From a virus (Duplodnaviria > Caudoviricetes), in IMG/VR virus record IMGVR_UViG_3300025502_000114, positions 1 to 28,054 of that record: DNA of 28,054 bases; one strand, written 5' to 3'. The notes under the pieces are model-generated. The model did no database searches, was not told the origin of the DNA, and saw only the letters and a program-made list of their open reading frames with translations. Positions 16,249 to 25,852 of the stretch are shown here, piece by piece. The translations under genes were made by a program, and so were the position numbers. Numbering within the stretch: position 1 is the first letter of the stretch; every line of letters starts with the position of its first letter.

Positions 16249-17622
16249 ATGGCAGCAATTATTACTGATACGCTGAGAAGACAAGCGGCTAATATTCTTT
16301 TAGCAGATATTCTAGATACAGCAGGATCTAATAAGTATTTTATTGGAATCGGTAAATCAGACCAGTATGACTCAAGCGATACCGCAACAGTTCCGACCAA
16401 GTCGGCAAAAGACGAAAGAATTGCAAGAGCAAATCTTCAATCGGTAAAGCAAATAGCCACAGGTGGTGCATCATTTGTATCGCCTAGGTATAATTGGTCA
16501 TCTGGTAACGTGTATTCTGCTTGGAGCGATAGGTACGATGATGTTCCGGCTAACCCGCATTATGTGCTTACAGAAGACAACGAGGTATATATTTGCCTAC
16601 AACAGGGCCTTAACTTACTAGGAGTTCCAGTTAACTCTATTGTTAAGCCAAATTTCACTAATGCCGGGATTATTCAAACACAGGCATTCGAAACGGCAGA
16701 CGGTTATAGGTGGAAATTCTTATATGCGTTGAGCCCAACAAAAGCAAATAACTTTTTGTCATCAAATTACTTACCAGCCCAAGTTATTACTGATTCTTCT
16801 GGAACACCCGGTTTAACCATCTTTGAGGTCCAACAAGCGCTAGTAAAAGAAGCAGCAGTAGGCGGCCAGATTATTGGTGTTTCAATTACAAATACAGGCG
16901 GTGGATATACTAGCGCACCTACCGTAGTATTTAGAGGTAATGGCAGTGGCGCCCAAGCCACGGCAACGATAGATAATGGAATAGTTGTAAAAATTGAGAT
17001 GAATGACGAAAGTGCTTCATTAGGCAGCGGCTATCTTTATAGTAGTGTTGAATTCAGCGGTGGCAGTCCAACAACTGCAGCTGTAGGTCAATCTATTATT
17101 TCATCAATTGAAGGCATTGGTTATGATCCAGTAAAAGACTTATTGTCAACTTCTTTAATGGTTATGTCAAAACCGGCCGGGGCAGAATCAGGAAACTTTT
17201 TAGTTAATCAAGATTTTAGACAAATTTTATTACTTAAAAACCTTGAACATAAAGATAGCGATGGTTTGTATGATGAAGCGTCAGGCAAGATACTAAGGGC
17301 GTTTAGCGTTGATAATGCAGGATCACTGGCGGTTAATAACCTAGTGTCTGGCGATTCAGCTGCTGCTTATATTAATGAAATTAGTGGTAATACTATATTC
17401 TATCATCAAAACGAAACTACTGGTTTTGGTAAGTTTGCTAATGGCGAAGCAATTACGGACAACGGCGGCGGTAGTGCAAATATTGTGTACGGGCAAGACA
17501 GTGCCGGATTTGGTGGTCAGGTAGACGGCTTCTCTGGAGATCTATTATACATAGAGAATAGAGCTCGTATTTTAAGAGATGCTGCTCAAACTGAAGACAT
17601 CAAAGTTATTCTTACATTCTAA
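16249..17622 (+). CDS. gp8: Baseplate wedge subunit gp8
   Basis: YFIGIGK, PRYNWSSG, YVLTEDNEVYICL, TADGYRWKFLY, DFRQI.L, SGDLLYIENR..I.R...QTEDIKVIL. Confidence 0.88.
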   Translation: MAAIITDTLRRQAANILLADILDTAGSNKYFIGIGKSDQYDSSDTATVPTKSAKDERIARANLQSVKQIATGGASFVSPRYNWSSGNVYSAWSDRYDDVPANPHYVLTEDNEVYICLQQGLNLLGVPVNSIVKPNFTNAGIIQTQAFETADGYRWKFLYALSPTKANNFLSSNYLPAQVITDSSGTPGLTIFEVQQALVKEAAVGGQIIGVSITNTGGGYTSAPTVVFRGNGSGAQATATIDNGIVVKIEMNDESASLGSGYLYSSVEFSGGSPTTAAVGQSIISSIEGIGYDPVKDLLSTSLMVMSKPAGAESGNFLVNQDFRQILLLKNLEHKDSDGLYDEASGKILRAFSVDNAGSLAVNNLVSGDSAAAYINEISGNTIFYHQNETTGFGKFANGEAITDNGGGSANIVYGQDSAGFGGQVDGFSGDLLYIENRARILRDAAQTEDIKVILTF

Positions 17623-17633
17623 GGCAATCATAC

Positions 17634-20600
17634 ATGGCAACGACATTTACAACCAATACATTTGCTAATACCTATAAGGATGATTATCGCGACAGTGATA
17701 ATTATTACAGGATTCTATTTAATAGTGGTAAGACACTTCAGGCTAGAGAGTTAACTCAACTTCAAACTATTATTCAATCAGAGATTGGAAGATTTGCTCG
17801 TAACATATTTAATGAAGGTGCCATGGTTAATCCAGGCGGGATTACAGTAAATAACGGGTATGAGTTTTTAAAGCTAGATACTTCATTAAATCAATTACCC
17901 GATGTTGATTTGGTAGGCGAAGATTTTGTTACAGAGGATGGTAATATTACTGTTAAGGTGCTGCAAGTTGTAGCAGCAAATGCAGTGTCTGGTGATCCAG
18001 CAACCCTATATGTAAAATACATTGATACTGCTGATGCACCAAGCAGCGATGTTGCAATTAGAGTTCCAAACGGCACTGATATTAGTAATGGAACTTATAC
18101 ATTAACATTAGAGGCATCAGGTGCTGCTGGTGTTGGTACTATTGGTGCTGTAGCAGCTGGTGAATATTTTACAAAAGATCATTTTGTATATGCTGAAAAA
18201 CAAACGTTTTTTATTAGCAAATACACATCCAACCCGACTGCTGACTTAGGTTTTCGTATTACAGAGGATATTGTAACAGCTGCTGATAATTCTGCGCTTT
18301 ATGATAACCAAGGCGCAATTGCTAATACTGCTGCACCAGGCGCTGATAGATACAGAATTAGACTCACCCTTACTACTAGAGACCAAGTAGACTCTGCTGA
18401 TAATTTTTTATATGTTGCTAGGGTTGTGAATGGAAAAGTTTCTGGTGAATCCACTGGAAGTAACGAATATAACAAAATTGCCGAATTAATGGCACAGCGG
18501 ACTGAAGAAGAGTCTGGTGATTATATAGTTAATCCAATTACTGCTAGGTTTGAGGCTTTAAATGATTCTAATTTAACGTTGAATATCTCTGATGGTATTA
18601 GCTATGTTGAAGGTTATCGCCTTGAGGTGCCAATAACGACGCTAACGATTCCTAAGGCGCAGACCTTTACATCTGTCGTAGGGCAAAATGTTGTTGCTCA
18701 GTATGGCAATTTTGTAAATCAAGACTCTGATGGTGGTTGTGCTGGTTTGCCTAATATTGATAGTTTTGCACAACTTGATTTACGGGACGGAAAAGGTTAC
18801 GGTGGTGCCACTATTGGTACAGCCAGAGTAAGAGCAGTTGAACGTAATCAAAGCACAATTAGATATTACCTATTTGATATTAAAGTTAATGCCGGCCAGA
18901 GCTTTTCTTCTACTAAAAGTATAGGTACTAGTACTTCTTCATATTTTGATGTTGAATTAACCGATGGTATTGTTTTACTTAAAGAAACTGCTAATAATTC
19001 GCTTTTGTTTAAACTGCCAAACACAAGACCAACGAGCGGTAGTGTAGTCGTAAATACTCTTCAAGTTCAAAGAAGATATTCTTTTCAATCAAGTGGCAGT
19101 GGTACATACACGCTGTCTGCTGGCAGTTTTGGTGGTTCAGGCTTAACGTTTACTGACACTGGCGATTGGATTATCACAAAATTAGATGGTAGTGTTTCAG
19201 ATACATCTGCGACATTTGCACTTGCTGGTTCGCCAACTGGCACTACTGTTAACATTACTGGTCTTGAAAATTCTACTGATTATGAGCTTATTGCTATGGT
19301 TGATATTTCAACTACAGTAACTAGAGCAAAAAGTATTGAAACTAGGACTCTTACAAAAGCATGGCCAGGCGATGCTGACTCTGACGGCAATGGTTTGCAG
19401 TGGCTAAACTTTGACCGTGCTGATGCAATTGATGTTTTAAATGTCAAATTAAATACGGCATCAGGCAGGGATTTAAGCGAAAGCTTTACGTTTGATAACG
19501 GCCAACGAGATAATTTCTATGCGCGCGGTCGTTTAATCCAAAAAACTGGATCTGCAATTCCGACAGCTAATGTGTATATTGAATATAGACATTTTGCTCA
19601 TGATCCAGGCCATTTCTTTAATGTAAGCTCTTACGCAGGTATTGACTATGCGGATATTCCAAGTCATCGTAAGAATGACGGTGAAGTTGTTCCATTAACT
19701 GATGTCTTGGATTTTAGGCCGAGTGTAGATTCTACTGGAACTTTTGTTGCTAGTCAAGATTTTATTTCTTTATTGCCACAAAACACAAACGCAATTGATT
19801 TAGATGCAGATTATTATTTGCCTAGGAACGACATACTTGTTATTAAACGCGTTGAAGCTGACGTTAAAACAAATAGAGCCGAAGCAAAATATATTCAAGG
19901 TGTTCCAGACTTTATACCTGCATTCCCTGAAGCACCTTCAGGGACTATGGAGCTTTATAGATTTGAATTAAACCCATACACTGTATCTGATTCTGATTTA
20001 GCAACGACTTTTGTAAATCATAAGCGTTATACAATGAAAGATATTGGCGATCTTGAAAAAAGAATTGTCAATCTTGAAGAATATACTACACTATCAATAC
20101 TAGAAAATAGTACAGCAATTCAATTAGTGTTAGACGAAAATGGTAATCCTAGAACTAAATCTGGGTTCTTTGCTGATAACTTTTCTGGTATGGCATTCGC
20201 TGAGACTGGTAGCAGATACAGAGCTTCGATGAACCCACAGGACAATACGCTGAACCCGCCGTTCGTATCAAATAATATTAGATTAATTTATGACTCTAGT
20301 GATGTTACCAATACTATAACCCGGTCTGGTGATTTGCTTACTCTACCATACACGACTAGTACATTTGTAAATCAGAATCTTGCAACAGAAACAATGAATA
20401 TTAACCCATTTGCGGTTATTACGCAAACTGGTTATACACAATTATCACCATCATCAGATGAATGGGTTGAAACAAGATTTGCAACAAATGTTGAAGTAAA
20501 TGGTGGTACTACTACCACGATAAGACGAGGCACAACATTTGCAGCTGCGTCGTCAAGAGTCTTATCAGATGTTACAACTAGAAGGCTTGTATCAACAGCT

Positions 20601-22691
20601 GTTATTGATGTTTCAGTAGCACCTTTCATGCGATCTAAGAAAATCCACTTTAAAACTGTTGGATTACGCCCTAACACACAATTCTTCCCCTATTTTAATA
20701 ACGTAGATGTAGGTGCGTGGTGTAGAGAAGAAACCACTTTTACGCTTTTTGGTTCTACTACTACTGATTTTGGCAACCAATTCTCTCAAACGTCTTCGCA
20801 CCCAGACGGTAATACTAATTTGGTAAGTGACGCTACAGGTGAAATTATTGGTTCATTCTTTTTGCCATCTACAGAAGCTATTAGATTTAGGACGGGAACT
20901 TCAGAATTTAAACTTTTAGATGTAACTGGAAATAAAGAAGCCAATGCTATATCGTTTAGCAAATCAAGATATACGGCAACAGGTACAATTGAAACAAGAC
21001 AAAGAACTTTTGTATCAACAAGATCGGTAGATATTCTACAGTTAACTCAAATTCCGCAGCCTGTCGCCGACAACGGCGGCGGCGGGTTTGGCGGGTTTGG
21101 CGGGTTTGGGGGCGGTCAGGGTGATCCATTAGCCCAGACATTTTATATTGATAGGGTAGAATATCAAAACGGGATGTTTTTGGCATCTACTAATATTTAT
21201 TTTGCAACCAAAGACGATACAGTACCAGTGCGTTGCGAAATTGTTACTGTAGAAAATGGTTACCCCACTACAACGGTTCTTGCTAACTCAGTGTTATTGC
21301 CAGCAGATGTTAATTTGCCAGTAGATGGTAACGATATGGCATCAGTAAGAGCGGCGGCCACACAGTTTACCTTTACCGAGCCTCTTTTCTTATCTCCAGG
21401 TCGTGAATATGCGATTGTGCTAAAAGCAGAATCTACAAATTACAATGTCCATGTAGCTAAAACATATGATTTTATTCTAGGTACCACATCTGCACGTGTC
21501 ACTAAACAACCAACATTAGGTTCGTTGTTCCAATCACAAAATGCTTTTACTTGGACACCAGATCAAACCCGTGATTTAATGTTTACATTAAACAAGGCTG
21601 TGTTTTCAACTAGCGGTGTTGCATTGCTTGAAAATGGTGCGCCACCAAATGAATTGTTAAACACTAATCCAATTCTAACTACTACTGGTGATTCTGATGT
21701 TCATATCTTATTGACAGGTCATGGATTTATTACTGGAGACGTTGTTACAGTATCCGGTTTTGGCGAAGATAGCATTGGTGGTGTGGCAGCTTCAAGCATT
21801 AATGGAACACGAGTTGTTACTGGAGTTGATTGGACTGGATTCACTATTGGTGCAGGTTCACAAGCAACAACTACCTTGCGTGGTGGCGGTGATGGTGTGA
21901 TTGTTACACAACAGTCGCACTTTGATGAATATATCCCAGTTATTCAATCAATAACACCAGATTTGACGACTATTTCTGTAAGTGCTAAGTTTACTTCAGG
22001 CGGTTCATATGCCGGTTCTAAAAATAGAACGACTGGAACTAACACAAGAGCTAAAGCATCAAGTTATTCACTAATTTCACCAAATAGAACTAATTTTACA
22101 ACTGAGCCTAAGGTGATATTGACCAATGCAAGTCAGACGAAATTCTTGGCTAGCGCTAAGTCTGCGACAATTAAACTTGATTTTTCAACAGAAGATGTAA
22201 ACGTATCACCTGTGGTTGATTTACAAAGAGTATCAATGACGGTAACCGAAAACGTAATTGATAAACAAGATGATTCACTTACAAATGGTTATAATGTACC
22301 ATTAGTGTATGTGGCTGAAACAGATCCTACAGAAGGAACCGCTGCGGCTAAACACGTCAGTAAGCAAATTACATTGCAAGAACCAGGTATTGGTCTTAAA
22401 ATCTTGTTAACTGCAAATAAGCCTACTGAAGCTGATTTTGATGTTTACTACAAAGTTGGTACAGGCGATGATGTTTTGGATGATAAGGTTTGGATTTTGG
22501 TTAATAAAGAAACCGAAATGCCGGCAGATAACGATAGAGTAACTTTTAGAGAATACGAATATTTGGCCGGTGGTATTACTGGTACATTGTCACCGTTTAC
22601 TACATACCAAGTTAAAATTGTAATGACTTCTACTAGTAGCTCTAGAGTTCCACTCATTAGAGATCTAAGAGTTATTGCATTAGCCACGTAA
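17634..22691 (+). CDS. VrlC-like / DUF4815 virion structural protein
   Basis: YKDDY....NYYRILF..GKTLQARELTQLQTI, APGADRY, RT.EESGDY, FDNGQRDNFY, RYTMKDIG.LEKRI..LE.YT.LS.LE, DPLAQTF, P.IRDLRVIALA; follows gp8. Confidence 0.85.
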   Translation: MATTFTTNTFANTYKDDYRDSDNYYRILFNSGKTLQARELTQLQTIIQSEIGRFARNIFNEGAMVNPGGITVNNGYEFLKLDTSLNQLPDVDLVGEDFVTEDGNITVKVLQVVAANAVSGDPATLYVKYIDTADAPSSDVAIRVPNGTDISNGTYTLTLEASGAAGVGTIGAVAAGEYFTKDHFVYAEKQTFFISKYTSNPTADLGFRITEDIVTAADNSALYDNQGAIANTAAPGADRYRIRLTLTTRDQVDSADNFLYVARVVNGKVSGESTGSNEYNKIAELMAQRTEEESGDYIVNPITARFEALNDSNLTLNISDGISYVEGYRLEVPITTLTIPKAQTFTSVVGQNVVAQYGNFVNQDSDGGCAGLPNIDSFAQLDLRDGKGYGGATIGTARVRAVERNQSTIRYYLFDIKVNAGQSFSSTKSIGTSTSSYFDVELTDGIVLLKETANNSLLFKLPNTRPTSGSVVVNTLQVQRRYSFQSSGSGTYTLSAGSFGGSGLTFTDTGDWIITKLDGSVSDTSATFALAGSPTGTTVNITGLENSTDYELIAMVDISTTVTRAKSIETRTLTKAWPGDADSDGNGLQWLNFDRADAIDVLNVKLNTASGRDLSESFTFDNGQRDNFYARGRLIQKTGSAIPTANVYIEYRHFAHDPGHFFNVSSYAGIDYADIPSHRKNDGEVVPLTDVLDFRPSVDSTGTFVASQDFISLLPQNTNAIDLDADYYLPRNDILVIKRVEADVKTNRAEAKYIQGVPDFIPAFPEAPSGTMELYRFELNPYTVSDSDLATTFVNHKRYTMKDIGDLEKRIVNLEEYTTLSILENSTAIQLVLDENGNPRTKSGFFADNFSGMAFAETGSRYRASMNPQDNTLNPPFVSNNIRLIYDSSDVTNTITRSGDLLTLPYTTSTFVNQNLATETMNINPFAVITQTGYTQLSPSSDEWVETRFATNVEVNGGTTTTIRRGTTFAAASSRVLSDVTTRRLVSTAVIDVSVAPFMRSKKIHFKTVGLRPNTQFFPYFNNVDVGAWCREETTFTLFGSTTTDFGNQFSQTSSHPDGNTNLVSDATGEIIGSFFLPSTEAIRFRTGTSEFKLLDVTGNKEANAISFSKSRYTATGTIETRQRTFVSTRSVDILQLTQIPQPVADNGGGGFGGFGGFGGGQGDPLAQTFYIDRVEYQNGMFLASTNIYFATKDDTVPVRCEIVTVENGYPTTTVLANSVLLPADVNLPVDGNDMASVRAAATQFTFTEPLFLSPGREYAIVLKAESTNYNVHVAKTYDFILGTTSARVTKQPTLGSLFQSQNAFTWTPDQTRDLMFTLNKAVFSTSGVALLENGAPPNELLNTNPILTTTGDSDVHILLTGHGFITGDVVTVSGFGEDSIGGVAASSINGTRVVTGVDWTGFTIGAGSQATTTLRGGGDGVIVTQQSHFDEYIPVIQSITPDLTTISVSAKFTSGGSYAGSKNRTTGTNTRAKASSYSLISPNRTNFTTEPKVILTNASQTKFLASAKSATIKLDFSTEDVNVSPVVDLQRVSMTVTENVIDKQDDSLTNGYNVPLVYVAETDPTEGTAAAKHVSKQITLQEPGIGLKILLTANKPTEADFDVYYKVGTGDDVLDDKVWILVNKETEMPADNDRVTFREYEYLAGGITGTLSPFTTYQVKIVMTSTSSSRVPLIRDLRVIALAT
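21081..21112 (+). repeat. (GGCGGGTTT)x3 in-frame microrepeat encoding a GGF linker; G-quadruplex consensus
   Basis: GGCGGGTTT at 21081, 21090 and 21099, followed by GGGGG. Confidence 0.85.
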
Positions 22692-22915
22692 TGAAACAAT
22701 TAATAAAAGTTGACGGGCATCCGGGTCTCACAAGAGATCCGGTATCCGGTGCTATTTTGAATATAAATAAGAATGAAATAGCCACTGCGAGGAAGGCCAA
22801 AGCAGTCGTAAGAAAAAATCAGTCTAAGATTGAACAATTAGAAAACGATATCTCAGACATTAAAAATATTCTATTGAGAATGCTAGAGGAAAAAAATGGC
22901 AGTAACAGTAATTAA
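22691..22915 (+). CDS. Small conserved T4-like phage protein (coiled-coil C-terminus)
   Basis: IKVDGHPGLTRDPVSGAILN...IEQLENDISDIKNILL; similar small ORFs follow VrlC in marine T4-like phages. Confidence 0.7.
   Translation: MKQLIKVDGHPGLTRDPVSGAILNINKNEIATARKAKAVVRKNQSKIEQLENDISDIKNILLRMLEEKNGSNSN
22762..22769 (+). promoter_or_regulatory. Internal T4-type late promoter TATAAATA
   Basis: Exact consensus inside the 74-aa ORF, about 125 nt upstream of the 22896 ORF. Confidence 0.5.
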
Positions 22916-23576
22916 CCTATCAGACCCAGTATCGACGCTGGTCACTAAAACCAATAACATCTCGAGTGACGTTGGTGACATTGCGCAATTAGTCACCGGC
23001 GATGATAACGTAGTTGATGCCATTAATGCATTAAGAGCTATAGTGGTGCCGTTTGATGACTCATCGGAAATTATTTCAATTTCTCGTGGTGGTATATCAA
23101 TTAACAATGATTCAGCATTGGGTTTATCATTAGCTTATAATAACACCACGGGTGTCATTAAATTGGTTGGTGCTGCTGATGGCGATACAGTAAAAGGTTA
23201 TTTTGCTAGTGATAGCGCTAATGGTATTGGATTTAATTTTGGCGAAGGTAAATTTAGCATTATTACTTCTGGTGTTATAGAGGCAAAGATTGCATCAAAT
23301 GCAGTTACTGTAAATAAAATTGCATCAAATGCAGTTATAGAGGCAAAAATTGCATCAAGTGCAGTTACTGAGGCAAAGATTGCATCAAGTGCAGTTACTG
23401 TAAATAAAATTGCATCAAATGCAGTTACTGAGGCAAAAATTGCATCAAGTGCAGTTACTGTAAATAAAATTGCAAATACATCAATCACTAGCTCCAAGTT
23501 TAATGGTACGGTTTCTCTTATAATCTATAATGATGCTGGAACACCAGTAAAAACAATTTACAGTCCTGGGAGTTAA
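22896..23576 (+). CDS. Short fibre/structural protein with 10-aa tandem repeats
   Basis: GAGGA SD; N-terminal coiled segment (VGDIAQL...NVVDAINAL); seven V(T/I)(E/V)(A/N)KIA(S/N)xx repeats. Confidence 0.75.
   Translation: MAVTVINLSDPVSTLVTKTNNISSDVGDIAQLVTGDDNVVDAINALRAIVVPFDDSSEIISISRGGISINNDSALGLSLAYNNTTGVIKLVGAADGDTVKGYFASDSANGIGFNFGEGKFSIITSGVIEAKIASNAVTVNKIASNAVIEAKIASSAVTEAKIASSAVTVNKIASNAVTEAKIASSAVTVNKIANTSITSSKFNGTVSLIIYNDAGTPVKTIYSPGS
23274..23483 (+). repeat. 7 x 30-bp coding tandem repeat
   Basis: Units of the form GTTA(CT/TA)G(AGGCA/TAAAT)AA(A/G)ATTGCATCAA(A/G)TGCA; units 2 and 5 are identical and unit 7 decays. Confidence 0.95.
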
Positions 23577-23579
23577 ATT

Positions 23580-24506
23580 ATGGCAGTGCGACAGCCACTA
23601 TATTGGGATGCAGGAACATCATCCATAAAAACGATGACAACATCTGAGGTCGCAAATATTGTTAGTCAAGTTTCATATGTTTATTCACTATCACCATCAG
23701 TTACATTAGATGTAGTTGCTTCTGGTGGTAGCCTTGGTACCATAAGTGATACGCGTAAAACCGCTGGCGCTGCTCTAACACGGGTTGAAAGATTTTCTAC
23801 CGAAGCAGAAACAGCAGAACCTGGAACAGTTACCGTTAACTTTGCCAAGATAAATCAAACAGTTGCATCGGTTTCAGCACCAACAGCTGGTGCTGAAGGT
23901 TCATATCCAGTATATTATTACAATAGTGGTTTTAGACCAATGAGTGATACCGATGTGTATGATACATTCATTAATCCTGCAATTGCCGTTTTAACAAGTG
24001 GTAGCACAACAACTCTGCAGGGTGGCACATATCGTATTCACACTAATGCTGGTGGTCTGGGTGGCCAGACTTTAGTAAGTGCAACCCCAGTGTTTTCGGA
24101 CACTAGAGCTGATACCTCGTTATATACTGCGGGCGCAATTGGAGAGGCATTAGACCAACCAACCACTATTAGTAATTTTTATCTCTATAAGTTTGATGGT
24201 TCGGCCGTTAGTTATATTAAACCATTACGATTAACAGCATCAAATAATAATGTGCAAGCCTTTAGCACCAGTTTATTTGATACGCTATTGCAAAATCATG
24301 TAAGATATGCCGCAGCTGGTGCAGGAACGAATATACGTTACAGTTATACAATTGGTAATAATAGGGGTTCTGGTATGACGGATACTATATTAAACGGTAG
24401 TGGCAATTATCAAACCAGATTTGTAAATGCCGACGATTATCGCTCTCAAGAATTCCCCGATGGCACTGCAGTAACGGCATCAACATATTATTTAAAAATT
24501 AGTTAA
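23580..24506 (+). CDS. Virion structural protein with three internal ~100-aa repeats
   Basis: 308 aa, T/S/G/A-rich, co-oriented in the late operon; repeated P(L/V)x...(S/T)DT...xY/FxxK pattern. Confidence 0.6.
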   Translation: MAVRQPLYWDAGTSSIKTMTTSEVANIVSQVSYVYSLSPSVTLDVVASGGSLGTISDTRKTAGAALTRVERFSTEAETAEPGTVTVNFAKINQTVASVSAPTAGAEGSYPVYYYNSGFRPMSDTDVYDTFINPAIAVLTSGSTTTLQGGTYRIHTNAGGLGGQTLVSATPVFSDTRADTSLYTAGAIGEALDQPTTISNFYLYKFDGSAVSYIKPLRLTASNNNVQAFSTSLFDTLLQNHVRYAAAGAGTNIRYSYTIGNNRGSGMTDTILNGSGNYQTRFVNADDYRSQEFPDGTAVTASTYYLKIS

Positions 24507-24524
24507 CTATAAGGCGAAAAGAAA

Positions 24525-25019
24525 ATGCAAGGATATAACTTACTCACAGCTCATTTTTCTAACAATGAGCGTACCACGGTTGAAGTTTATTGGTGTGATG
24601 ATAAGGGTGACAATGTTCAAGTTGAATATACCGAAGCCAAGGAAGGTGATGCCGCGTGGGAGGAATTACTCACGCATATTACCATAGATCAAATACATGA
24701 AAATACATACAAGCATATCCGTGAACAAAATAATTTATTTGAAAAACAAGTCATCGAAATAGCCAAAAAAAGAGGACTAGTTTATGATACAAATACTGAC
24801 AGGGGTGCTGCCCTAAAAATTTCTGCTGAAACTTTATTCAGAGAACACGGTGAAGAAGAGCTTAAAGAATATTTGTTTACTTATAAACTAAACTTATTTG
24901 AGAATAAAGTCATTAAGAATAGTAAAGATAGGACGGGTAAAGCAGCAATTCGTAAAGCAACTTCTATCGTTGAAGCTACAATTGCAGCATGTGCGTTATA
25001 TCAAAAAGAATCACTTTAA
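24525..25019 (+). CDS. Hypothetical protein
   Basis: 164-aa ORF with a TAAGG SD; charged and helical, family not recognised. Confidence 0.7.
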   Translation: MQGYNLLTAHFSNNERTTVEVYWCDDKGDNVQVEYTEAKEGDAAWEELLTHITIDQIHENTYKHIREQNNLFEKQVIEIAKKRGLVYDTNTDRGAALKISAETLFREHGEEELKEYLFTYKLNLFENKVIKNSKDRTGKAAIRKATSIVEATIAACALYQKESL

Positions 25020-25039
25020 TAACTTTTATTTATTTGTAA

Positions 25040-25067
25040 TTTACATGTAATGCAAATGTGTTATAAT
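25040..25067 (+). promoter_or_regulatory. Sigma70-like promoter (TTTACA, 16 nt, TGnTATAAT) pointing antisense into the glycosyltransferase genes
   Basis: TTTACA at 25040-25045, TG at 25059-25060, TATAAT at 25062-25067. Confidence 0.45.
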
Positions 25068-25078
25068 ACACTTTAGTG

Positions 25079-25852
25079 TTATTTAAAAGATCTTTGAAAA
25101 TCCTTATTCACATGATGTAGGAAGTGGCCACCAGCAGATATGTCCGGATGATTATGGTCTAGTAAAAAGTTCCAAGATAGACCAATATTAGTATATGGAA
25201 TACCATATCTTTCAATGAGGTATGTAATAAAAATTTCATTATTATCTCTCCAGTGTTTGTGTATTTCCTCTGGATATAGATTATCTATAATAGCTTCTTG
25301 AAGAATATTTTTAAGTCTATCAAATCGATTAATGAAATTTAATTTAGAGATTGATTCTTTATTACCCCCAATAACGCCAGTGTTAATAACACCTTTGGAT
25401 CCGGATAGACCATCTAGTTCTAACATAGCATTTTTTGCACATGTTTTACTGTACATATTCATTGCATCAAAGCCGTCATGATTTAACGCACCAATTAGCG
25501 CATCTCTATCCACATTTTGCTCTATATTATAAGCGCATATTGAATTTAGATTCCATACATTAAAGAAATTTAGCTTAGTGGTTGGTACGACGTCAAAATC
25601 TAAATAGAGAACCTCATCGTAATCGTTGGCAAGTTCTTCTAATAAAAACAACTTGTTAAATTGTATTTCATCATATGCAGTCGTCGTGCTTTCAAACAGC
25701 GTGTAGGTTGCACCACAACTAGTAGCGTAATCCCTTTGCGCCTTTTCTAATTGTGATTTATATTTTTTAAATTGACTTAGCTTATAATCAGAAGACGATG
25801 CGTGACCTGGATTTAGGTTCTCAGTAAAAATACTATAAACTATTCTTTTCAT
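25079..25852 (-). CDS. GT-A fold glycosyltransferase (paralog 2)
   Basis: YDEVLYLDFDVVP (DxD motif), INTGVIG, NNE, WNFLLD, HHVNKDF. Start moved to ATG 25852 (MKRIVYS) by homology with the paralog's MKRIIFS. Confidence 0.75.
   Translation of the reverse strand: MKRIVYSIFTENLNPGHASSSDYKLSQFKKYKSQLEKAQRDYATSCGATYTLFESTTTAYDEIQFNKLFLLEELANDYDEVLYLDFDVVPTTKLNFFNVWNLNSICAYNIEQNVDRDALIGALNHDGFDAMNMYSKTCAKNAMLELDGLSGSKGVINTGVIGGNKESISKLNFINRFDRLKNILQEAIIDNLYPEEIHKHWRDNNEIFITYLIERYGIPYTNIGLSWNFLLDHNHPDISAGGHFLHHVNKDFQRSFK

Noticed and set aside
17634-22691. Intein in the VrlC-like protein
   Set aside because: No C/S...HN splice-junction or Hint motifs were recognised.
23274-23483. 30-bp repeats as a CRISPR array or DGR template/variable repeat
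   Set aside because: The units are contiguous with no unique spacers and are in-frame coding. Differences are not adenine-specific, and no cas or reverse transcriptase gene is in the window.
25027-25034. Minus-strand AATAAATA late-promoter variant
   Set aside because: It points into the 3' end of a + gene with no downstream minus ORF, and is a likely chance match in a T-rich tract.
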